IMG/VR virus record: IMGVR_UViG_3300032116_000001
Coordinates: 310,001 to 374,000 of that record
Reading direction: 5' to 3' (one strand)
DNA length: 64,000 nt
In this document: positions 1 through 7,217 of the stretch, piece after piece
How positions within the stretch are numbered: position 1 is the first letter of the stretch
How the letters are laid out: every line of letters begins with the position of its first letter
Made by a program: the position numbers and the translations under genes
Notes under the pieces: model-generated
The model's input: only the letters and a program-made list of their open reading frames with translations
Told to the model about the DNA's origin: nothing
Database searches by the model: none

Positions 1-86
1 CTAACAATAGTCAATACTTATCGGTTGAATTTTTTAATGCCAATACATGTGAAATCCCGACCATAAAATCCTGTAATTCATTAGGT

Positions 87-428
87 ATGCATGTAATTCT
101 GGAGCTTATTGGATGCAACCCCAATAATATGAGCGGGGTTGAGAAAATTCAACAAGCTTTTCATGATGCAGCAAAGCTGGCCAAGTGCAACATCGTCACA
201 GAAGCGTTTCATGAGTTTGAGCCCCATGGCGTTTCAGGAGTTGTTGTAATAAGCGAGAGCCATTTGACCTATCATGGGTGGGATGAACATGGTTATGCCG
301 CGATTGATTTTTTCTATTGCAGCGATGAAGTGCAAATATCTTTGGCCATTGAACACATAATGAAGTTTCTAGAGGCCGAAAGTTATCAAATCACTGCAAT
401 CCCCCGTGGATTTAAAAACAGTGTATAA
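87..428 (+). CDS. speD: S-adenosylmethionine decarboxylase proenzyme
   Basis: FEPHGVSGVVVISESHLTYH (ES autocleavage site), GYAAIDFFYC. Confidence 0.9.
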   Translation: MHVILELIGCNPNNMSGVEKIQQAFHDAAKLAKCNIVTEAFHEFEPHGVSGVVVISESHLTYHGWDEHGYAAIDFFYCSDEVQISLAIEHIMKFLEAESYQITAIPRGFKNSV

Positions 429-439
429 TATATAATGCT

Positions 440-646
440 ATGTTAAGATTGTTTAAATCATTATTTAAGCGCGAAAAAATCTATCACAAATCTGAGCCCC
501 TAGTTGAAATCAACCCATCTGATGTTCAAGAGCCATGTGTAAGAATCACCGTAGGGAGAAAATCAATACTCTTATCAGGTGGACAGGCCAGAAGACTGTG
601 GGGCAAACTTGGATCGAACTTGGAAAAAATTACTCCTGATAAATGA
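440..646 (+). CDS. hypothetical protein
   Basis: 68-aa ORF in tandem, overlapping the next start. Confidence 0.55.
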   Translation: MLRLFKSLFKREKIYHKSEPLVEINPSDVQEPCVRITVGRKSILLSGGQARRLWGKLGSNLEKITPDK

Positions 647-1092
647 GCTATCAAGATCGATTGCTTAACATAGAACTTGTTCCAGAATCATCATGGTGCA
701 ATAATGTTCGATCTCATGTCAAGAAATCTTCATGGGACCGAATTAGAAAACAAGTTTACAAAGATTATCAGCATAAATGTGGCATATGCAACTCAAAAGG
801 CGCTCTTGCCGCCCATGAAATATGGAATTATGATGATTCGTCTTCAAAGCAGACACTAATTGGTATGATTGCGCTTTGTGGCTTGTGTCATCATGTTAAG
901 CACATTGGATTCGCTGAAGTTTTAGCCAATCAGGGAAAACTAAACTTTCAGCGTGTTGTTAATCATTACTGCAAAATCAACAAATGCACAAATGACGAAT
1001 TTTGGGCCGACAGAGAAGAGGCATTTTATGAATGGTCGAAAAGGTCTAGAAACACATGGTCGGTTGATATATCGTATATAGAGCGATATTAA
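643..1092 (+). CDS. HNH endonuclease family protein
   Basis: CGIC...AHEIW...LCGLCHHVKH zinc/HNH pattern. Confidence 0.75.
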   Translation: MSYQDRLLNIELVPESSWCNNVRSHVKKSSWDRIRKQVYKDYQHKCGICNSKGALAAHEIWNYDDSSSKQTLIGMIALCGLCHHVKHIGFAEVLANQGKLNFQRVVNHYCKINKCTNDEFWADREEAFYEWSKRSRNTWSVDISYIERY

Positions 1093-1146
1093 TTTGCGAA
1101 GAATTCTTGCGCTAATTTCAGATGAATTAATATCGTATTAAAGATA

Positions 1147-1527
1147 ATGCTATTTGATTCTAATCCACAACATGCTGAAAGATACAATGTTGTTTCGATA
1201 ATTTTGAATAACCAGCTTTGGTCTTTTGCCGAAGTTCCAGGTGTTAAAATCATGTCGCCTACTTTTCCGATTAAACACTTTGGCACCGCAACAAATAAAT
1301 CTTGTCCGTCTCCTGTGATTAGATATGCTGTAGATTCAGATTTAAACATCTGGATCGGCAACGATGAAAATGGCATCATGTTTTGCGATGATCAACATCA
1401 TGTTTTGAGCATCCTATTCTTGTACAATCCTTTGGCCTGGGCCTCTGTTTGCGAACAAATTGGAAACAATGCTGTACAAGAAATTATTAATTCATGCGAT
1501 TGGAGCATGACTGACGGTATAGAATGA
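1147..1527 (+). CDS. hypothetical protein
   Basis: 126-aa ORF co-oriented with neighbours. Confidence 0.55.
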   Translation: MLFDSNPQHAERYNVVSIILNNQLWSFAEVPGVKIMSPTFPIKHFGTATNKSCPSPVIRYAVDSDLNIWIGNDENGIMFCDDQHHVLSILFLYNPLAWASVCEQIGNNAVQEIINSCDWSMTDGIE

Positions 1528-1693
1528 ACCAAAACTCTGAACAACAAGAAATTTTTAATCGCCTTAATCGGTATCAAGAATGTTGCCCAAAAGATCATGA
1601 TGTTCAATCAGTGCTATTATTGTGCATACTTGAAGAAATGTCGTCTATTCGAAAATTCTTAGAAAAAATAACCAAAGAAAACAAGGACTAAAT

Positions 1694-2449
1694 ATGAATG
1701 TTATCACCAATGCAGACATTATGTCTGCTTACAAATATATAAAAAAAGACGGACAGGCTGATGGACTAACAAACTTCCCCGATGTTGTGCATGCATTAAA
1801 GGCCGACGAAGAATGCCAATATGTTTGGGGTTCTGATTCTATCATGAAAGTCCCAAAAGGGAGCTGGATTTTGGCCGAGAATGATAATGATTTTCCCAGG
1901 CTGCTAGACGATGAATTCTTTCATAAGTTATATGCCTTTGACAGGCAACAAATGGATTTGATTTTTGATGATATTATAAAAGATGCATTTGGAGACCAAG
2001 ACGCTCCCGATCCTGATGATTATTGCGCCGAAGAAGTGATAAAGTGCCAATGTGGACAACATATGATTTCTGTTTGGGGCGGAGGAAACAATGACGGGAA
2101 GATCGAAATGGCTTTTTGGAACTTCGGTCACGAAGGAAGCAAAACTAGCTGGACACAAAGATTACGCCAAATTTGGCAAATTATCACTCGCGGTCACCCC
2201 CACGCTGATATGGTTGTTTTAAATTCTGCCGAACAACTCAGGCTTATTCGTTTTATGGACGTGGCGCGATCTCTCACTGCTCAGTACAAAGATGCCAGGA
2301 GAGATTATGAAAGAAAAAATATTCCGAAAGAAAAAACTCATTATACCTTGGAAGAAGTTGTAGACATGGAGGCCAATCATGTAGCTGAACAACACGAGCT
2401 TTTGGCCACAATTGAGACGCTGACCAAAAAGCTCCGATCAAACAACTAA
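1694..2449 (+). CDS. hypothetical protein
   Basis: 251-aa ORF, RBS-like AAGGA upstream. Confidence 0.7.
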   Translation: MNVITNADIMSAYKYIKKDGQADGLTNFPDVVHALKADEECQYVWGSDSIMKVPKGSWILAENDNDFPRLLDDEFFHKLYAFDRQQMDLIFDDIIKDAFGDQDAPDPDDYCAEEVIKCQCGQHMISVWGGGNNDGKIEMAFWNFGHEGSKTSWTQRLRQIWQIITRGHPHADMVVLNSAEQLRLIRFMDVARSLTAQYKDARRDYERKNIPKEKTHYTLEEVVDMEANHVAEQHELLATIETLTKKLRSNN

Positions 2450-2523
2450 AAATATATAATATTAGATTAAAAAACTTAACAAATAAAAAAATGTTGAGTT
2501 TTTTGTTTATTTTTATAGAATGA

Positions 2524-2550
2524 TGCAACAAAATATTGCTCCTGATCGTA
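2524..2550 (+). promoter_or_regulatory. ECF-sigma-like promoter TGCAAC-N17-CGTA
   Basis: motif recurs with the same spacing upstream of several other units. Confidence 0.55.
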
Positions 2551-2679
2551 TAAGAGATGTAGGAATTATTTTCTGAAAATCAAAAAAATTGAAAATTCAG
2601 CAGGTTATATTCTTACAAAAATAGAAACAAGATCAAGTTCACCCTTTTTAGTGAATGTAATTTAACAAAGAGATAAGTT

Positions 2680-2811
2680 ATGAAGGCTATGCAAGTAAAC
2701 AATATGGAGATTATCGCCGCGGGCGCATTTAATGCTACCGCTGTGGTTTTCGCCATCCCAGCAAGCCCCTGGTATTTTGAACCAGGACGAAAGACCGAAA
2801 CTCTAACGTAA
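2680..2811 (+). CDS. putative 43-aa leader peptide of the tRNA array
   Basis: MKAMQVNNMEIIAAGAFNATAVVFAIPASPWYFEPGRKTETLT*, ending just before a terminator; not in the ORF track. Confidence 0.5.
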   Translation: MKAMQVNNMEIIAAGAFNATAVVFAIPASPWYFEPGRKTETLT

Positions 2812-2834
2812 AAAGCATTAGCTTAAAAGCGAAA

Positions 2835-2872
2835 AGGCTCGGTCTGAAATCAAAACAGATCGAGCCTTTTTT
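2835..2872 (+). terminator. intrinsic terminator / attenuator hairpin
   Basis: 12-bp stem AGGCTCGGTCTG/CAGATCGAGCCT followed by a T run. Confidence 0.8.
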
Positions 2873-2946
2873 GTTGCTTCGGGCAGGAGTTAACTCCGTA
2901 AAGACTACAACCTGCGGCATCTTTAAAGGGTGAACTAAAATCAAAT

Positions 2947-3033
2947 AGGGGTATAGTTTAATGGCAAAACACTGGTCTCCAAAACCAGGGACAGTTAATG
3001 CAAGTGGGGGTTCAAGTCCCCCTGCCTCTGCCA
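2947..3033 (+). tRNA. tRNA-Trp(CCA) with enlarged variable region
   Basis: anticodon arm CTGGT-ctCCAaa-ACCAG, T arm GGGGG-TTCAAGT-CCCCC, encoded CCA. Confidence 0.85.
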
Positions 3034-3113
3034 AATTATCGAAGAGATTCGTATGTATATTGAAAATTAAATAGGTTTAAATGTAATATGAGGGCAAAAG
3101 CCCTCAGTGATTT

Positions 3114-3484
3114 ACGTTGTGCGCAAATGGTATGTATTCAGTTCGATTCTGAAGTTCCCTTGGTGGGTGAGTGGTTCGAGTCCACAACAACATGATTTTC
3201 TGAGCCAACAGGAATGTGTTGAAAGGCAGCAAATAGCGGCGGCGCATGGGGTTCGATTCCCTAACGCACAACGTATTGGCAATTTGAAGGGGCTAAACGC
3301 CACGGAAGCACAACTTCTTTGCTGAGCAGCCGTTGTTAAATAGCCCCCGATGATATTTTCCGATAAAATCTGATCGGTAATCAGTTCGAAGAGAACTCTA
3401 ATCGGATGCGGAGGGGAAATGTGGGTTCGAGTCCCACGCAGGCACTTGTGTCTGGTCGTTTAATGGTAGGACGCCCCGTGGGGT
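3114..3484 (+). ncRNA. candidate structured RNA with four T-loop hairpins
   Basis: 10-bp closing helix 3114-3123/3265-3274; TTCGA(T/G)T-capped hairpins at 3137, 3171, 3247, 3421. Confidence 0.55.
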
Positions 3485-3570
3485 AGAGAAGGATCACGCA
3501 CGTGATCAGAAGTAAAACGCGGCGTCGCAATTCCACGCCGATCTTCGAAACAGTATGAGGAAAGTAAAGT

Positions 3571-3645
3571 GCCGTCGTAGCTCAGTGGTAGAGCACGCCC
3601 CTGATAAGGGCGGGGTCATAGGTTCGAATCCTATCGGTGGCACCA
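3571..3645 (+). tRNA. tRNA-Ile(GAT)
   Basis: canonical cloverleaf, CGCCC-ctGATaa-GGGCG, CCA end. Confidence 0.95.
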
Positions 3646-3694
3646 TGTTTGCAAAATCTTTTGTGAATTATGATCGTATTAAAGTTGGAACATT

Positions 3695-4105
3695 ATGAAT
3701 TTAAGAACCAAATACCAAAGTAATTTTATTGTAATGCCTGAACATTGCAATTTTAGGATGCCACAAATTTTTGGCGGAGCTTTTATGGCAAAGCTTGATC
3801 TTTGTGCAGCCGCGGCTTGTAGCGAACTTCTTCAGTTTTCAGAATCGTCCTGTGACAACGCAGTAACATATAAGGTATTGGAAATAACTTTTCACAAAGC
3901 TGCTCAGATGGGAGATCAAATTTTCTTCGAAGCTGAAATTATTGAATTAAGAAACAATTCAATCACAGTTCAAGTAGAGGCGTATCGACAACCAAGAGAT
4001 CAAAAATTCCCTGAACGCATTCACACGGCATCGGCAAAATTTGTGTTTGTGACATTGCAGGGGGACAAGTATACTCCGCATGGATTAAAGCTTACTTCAT
4101 CATAA
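3695..4105 (+). CDS. hotdog-fold acyl-CoA thioesterase (YciA-like)
   Basis: VMPEHCN...IFGGAFMAKLD, ITFHKAAQMGD, AKFVFV. Confidence 0.8.
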   Translation: MNLRTKYQSNFIVMPEHCNFRMPQIFGGAFMAKLDLCAAAACSELLQFSESSCDNAVTYKVLEITFHKAAQMGDQIFFEAEIIELRNNSITVQVEAYRQPRDQKFPERIHTASAKFVFVTLQGDKYTPHGLKLTSS

Positions 4106-4159
4106 AAACGTATTTGGTAGAGCATACCCCCGAAAGAGGGCGAGGTTTGTGTAACAAAT

Positions 4160-4236
4160 GGGGCATTGGTGTAATTTGGTGAGCACAAAGGTCTGAAAAA
4201 CCTTGGGTGAGGGTTCAATTCCCTCTAGCCCCACCA
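4160..4236 (+). tRNA. tRNA-Phe(GAA)
   Basis: AAGGT-ctGAAaa-ACCTT, T arm, CCA; two mismatches at the base of the acceptor stem. Confidence 0.85.
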
Positions 4237-4244
4237 AAATTTTC

Positions 4245-4321
4245 GGCCCCATCGTCTACGATGGCTGTGACACCACCATCTCACGGTGGAAAACGGAGAT
4301 CGACACTCCGTGGGGTCACCA
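4245..4321 (+). tRNA. tRNA-Glu(CTC)
   Basis: CCACC-atCTCac-GGTGG, T-loop ATCGACA, CCA. Confidence 0.85.
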
Positions 4322-4374
4322 AATTTTCATTTGTTAGTCTGGTGCTAATCTACTGATATGGAGAACATAATTAG

Positions 4375-4752
4375 ATGAACAGATGGGAATACGCAAACTT
4401 CGAAGTGCTGAAAGGCAAGACTTTGAGAGAGGTCTTTTACTCCAAGAAAGAGGAAAAAATCTCCTTTATAGTAGACGATCAGGAAGCATATCACATGTCA
4501 CACTTTCAGGATTGCTGCGAGGCAGTTTGGGTGGAAGACATATGTGGCGACTTGAACGATTTGGTCGGAACGCCGATTCTTTTCGCAGAAAAGTCTTCTT
4601 CGGAAGACACATCTGTAGAATGGACGTTCTATAGAATCGGTACAATCAAGGGGACGGTGGTGATTCGCTGGTGTGGCGAACTCGACACTTGCTACTCTAT
4701 CGAAGTGAGCTTCTATCGTACTTTTGGCGAAGACACACCGCCCAAGACTTAG
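4375..4752 (+). CDS. conserved phage hypothetical protein
   Basis: HFQDCCEAVWVEDICGDLNDLVGTPIL motif, recognised from phage proteins. Confidence 0.75.
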   Translation: MNRWEYANFEVLKGKTLREVFYSKKEEKISFIVDDQEAYHMSHFQDCCEAVWVEDICGDLNDLVGTPILFAEKSSSEDTSVEWTFYRIGTIKGTVVIRWCGELDTCYSIEVSFYRTFGEDTPPKT

Positions 4753-4857
4753 CAGTGATTAAACACCTACTGCGATGACTGATGGATAGACATCTGACCC
4801 GAGCGGAAAGGCGCTCAAGTCGGGGGAGGCGAGAAGGTGAAGCCTCCCTTATCGAGC

Positions 4858-4934
4858 GGCCCGCTCGTCTACGTTGGCTAGGACTCCGCGTTTTCAGCGC
4901 GGCAAACAGAGATCGACACTCTGGCGGGTCACCA
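4858..4934 (+). tRNA. tRNA-Glu(TTC)
   Basis: CCGCG-ttTTCag-CGCGG, T-loop ATCGACA, CCA. Confidence 0.9.
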
Positions 4935-5006
4935 TTTTTAATCAGATTTCATAAAATCGCTAATTTTTTGTGATTCTGATCGTATTATAGATAACAGAAC
5001 ATTTTC

Positions 5007-5082
5007 GGGGCCATAGCTCAGTTGGGAGAGCACCTGCTTTGCAAGCAGGGGGTCGAGAGTTCGAGTCTCTCTGGCTCCACCA
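5007..5082 (+). tRNA. tRNA-Ala(TGC)
   Basis: canonical cloverleaf with G3:U70, CCA. Confidence 0.95.
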
Positions 5083-5190
5083 CGAACGGTTCTAAGGTAG
5101 GACATTAAATATTGATGCGGGGCGAACGGACAATAAAAAGTCAATGTGCCAACCAAACCATGGAAGTCTGATGGCATCAATGAAAAAAAT

Positions 5191-5267
5191 CGGGGATTAG
5201 CTCAGTTTGGTGGAGCGGGCGCTTTGGGAGCGTCAGGTCGCAGGTTCGAGTCCTGTATCCCCGACCA
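5191..5267 (+). tRNA. tRNA-Pro(TGG)
   Basis: GGCGC-ttTGGga-GCGTC, CCA. Confidence 0.95.
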
Positions 5268-5316
5268 TTTTTCAAAAAATCTTTGTTCATATTATATTTA
5301 TTGTACAAAAAACAAT

Positions 5317-6078
5317 ATGAACAAAAAGACATCTATAATATGGACTGAATCCAAAGAAAATTTTCAACTTCGAGTTAATAATTGCACGAGCATTGCGGGC
5401 ATAATACGCAGCTTTGGCCTTTCTATAAGTGGTGCTCAACATAGCCGAATCAAACAGCGCATTGCTCAGGATTGTATAGATATTTCTCATATTCCTTTGG
5501 GTATCGGAGCAAGTAAAGGCTGCAAGAGATTAAATAAGCGAATTCCTTTGGAAGAATATTTATCAAATAATCGGCCCATTCAATCACACGATTTAAAAAA
5601 ACGATTGTTAAGAGAAAATATTTTTGTTTATGAGTGTAGTGAATGCAAATTAGGATCATTATGGAATGGCAAGCCGATTTCATTACAGCTTGATCATATT
5701 AATGGCAATAATTGTGATAACAGATTGGTTAATCTTCGAATTTTGTGTCCAAATTGTCACTCTCAAACTCCAACATTTAGCGGAAAACACAAAGCGAAGA
5801 AGTGTTTGGATTGTGGTGGTAAAATTAGCAGGCCTACATCTACAAGATGTAAAAAATGCCATATACACAACAATCGATCACAGCCACCAAAGCCTTCTAA
5901 GTACATAAAATTTGGATTAGAAAAAGAAGAACTTGAGATGATAATATGGAAAAAGCCAACTTGTCAAATTGCAAAAGAATTTGGTGTTTCAGACAAAGCT
6001 GTTGAAAAAAGATGTAAAAAGCTAGGAGTTTCTAAGCCTCCAAGAGGTTATTGGAGAAAGCTGGAAACCGCAAAATAA
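5317..6078 (+). CDS. free-standing HNH homing endonuclease
   Basis: CSEC...LQLDHINGNNCDNRLVNLRILCPNCHSQT; start moved to the ATG downstream of tRNA-Pro. Confidence 0.85.
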   Translation: MNKKTSIIWTESKENFQLRVNNCTSIAGIIRSFGLSISGAQHSRIKQRIAQDCIDISHIPLGIGASKGCKRLNKRIPLEEYLSNNRPIQSHDLKKRLLRENIFVYECSECKLGSLWNGKPISLQLDHINGNNCDNRLVNLRILCPNCHSQTPTFSGKHKAKKCLDCGGKISRPTSTRCKKCHIHNNRSQPPKPSKYIKFGLEKEELEMIIWKKPTCQIAKEFGVSDKAVEKRCKKLGVSKPPRGYWRKLETAK

Positions 6079-6084
6079 AAATGT

Positions 6085-6159
6085 GGGCGTGTGACGCAAT
6101 GGTAGCGTGGGTGCATTACAGGCATCAAGTTGCAGGTTCGAATCCTGTCATGCCCACCA
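6085..6159 (+). tRNA. tRNA-Val(TAC)
   Basis: GGTGC-atTACag-GCATC, CCA. Confidence 0.9.
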
Positions 6160-6251
6160 CCGATTAGTATAATTTTAAATAACCGAAAAGGTTTAGAACA
6201 GTAGCATCCAGGTAATTTCAGTTCAGGGCTCTGCTGCTGTTCTAAAAACGC

Positions 6252-6326
6252 GGGCGGTTAGCTCAGTGGTAGAGCACTACATTGACATTGTAGGGGTCAC
6301 AGGTTCGAAACCTGTACCGCCCACCA
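6252..6326 (+). tRNA. tRNA-Val(GAC)
   Basis: canonical cloverleaf, ttGACat loop, CCA. Confidence 0.95.
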
Positions 6327-6343
6327 AAATATTTTGTTTAAAT

Positions 6344-6421
6344 CTGGGCGTAGTTCAGTTTGGTTAGAATGCTACTCTGGGAGAGTAGAGGTCATTGGTT
6401 CAAATCCAATCGCTCAGACCA
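6344..6421 (+). tRNA. tRNA-Pro(GGG)
   Basis: CTACT-ctGGGag-AGTAG, CCA. Confidence 0.95.
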
Positions 6422-6486
6422 TTTTTACACATTGAAACAAAATTCAAACGGTATGCGTATAATAAATATACAAACAATTTGATTGC

Positions 6487-6565
6487 TTGACGGAAGTTTT
6501 GCGGATGAAACGCTGGGCCGATGCATACCCCCAGAGATCGCAGGTTCGAATCCTGCCTGTCTTGC
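6487..6565 (+). ncRNA. tRNA-like RNA with 12-nt anticodon loop
   Basis: D stem GTTT/AAAC, CTGGG-CCGATGCATACC-CCCAG, T arm GCAGG-TTCGAAT-CCTGC, partial acceptor stem, no CCA. Confidence 0.5.
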
Positions 6566-6569
6566 AATC

Positions 6570-6626
6570 GGGACCGAAGGTCAGACTTCTGCATCAGTCA
6601 TTGGTTCAACTCCGATAGGTCCCACA
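6570..6626 (+). ncRNA. D-armless mini tRNA-like RNA
   Basis: GGGACC/GGTCCC acceptor, GACT-TCTGCATC-AGTC arm, ATTGG-TTCAACT-CCGAT T arm. Confidence 0.5.
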
Positions 6627-6710
6627 AGTTTCTCGTACATTGCGGTCTGAGATGACCGCCCCGATCATAAAATAAAACAATCAATGGAAAGCGACTATCA
6701 CTATACCATT

Positions 6711-6802
6711 GGGTGATGACTCCCCTGCATGTCTGTAAAACATGTGCCGCATCAGAACGTGGGGAAATATGGCGAGAGGTGAAATTCCTCCATCACCCAC
6801 CA
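6711..6802 (+). ncRNA. non-canonical tRNA-Tyr(GTA)-like RNA (8/4 stem, no D arm)
   Basis: GGGTGATG/CATCACCC, CATGT-ctGTAaa-ACATG, GAGG-TGAAATT-CCTC, ACCA end. Confidence 0.65.
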
Positions 6803-6847
6803 CGACATTCAATGCGAAGGCATTAACGACCATAACAGATAAAGCAA

Positions 6848-6932
6848 GGGAGTATCGCATAGAGGCAATTGCGGGAGACTGTAAATCTCCTCTGGAAACA
6901 GTTCGTAGGTTCGAGTCCTGCTGCTCCCACCA
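6848..6932 (+). tRNA. tRNA-Tyr(GTA)
   Basis: GGAGA-ctGTAaa-TCTCC, long variable arm, CCA. Confidence 0.95.
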
Positions 6933-7217
6933 AAATTATAAACTATTATGAAAAATACAAATATTACGATTCGCATGCTTTAGTAAACTTCCTTAACGGA
7001 AGCTTCAGGAGCTTGCGAATTGAAACACAACCGATCATATCGTCGTCACCAATCCGAAAAGATTAAGAAAAAAATTCGTCGTCGCATTCAAGTGTCGATG
7101 AACATGCTTGATATCTTTGAGGATATGGGTTGTAAACTGTTCTGAAAAATCTACTAATTTCTAAAAAATTCTCAAATCATGCAGGAATACTTAGGGTATG
7201 TCCTTTAATAAACTAAT

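Noticed and set aside
2735-3325. ORFs 2735-3034(-), 3107-3325(+) and 3112-3303(-)
   Set aside because: They overlap tRNA-Trp and structured RNA; translation is an artefact of tRNA sequence.
4108-4158. TTTGGTAGAGCA...GAAAGAGGG fragment resembling a tRNA 5' half
   Set aside because: No T arm or acceptor pairing; at most a decayed remnant.
4778-4815. possible hammerhead ribozyme (CTGATG...GAAA)
   Set aside because: The core reads CTGATGG rather than CTGANGA and the required stems do not line up.
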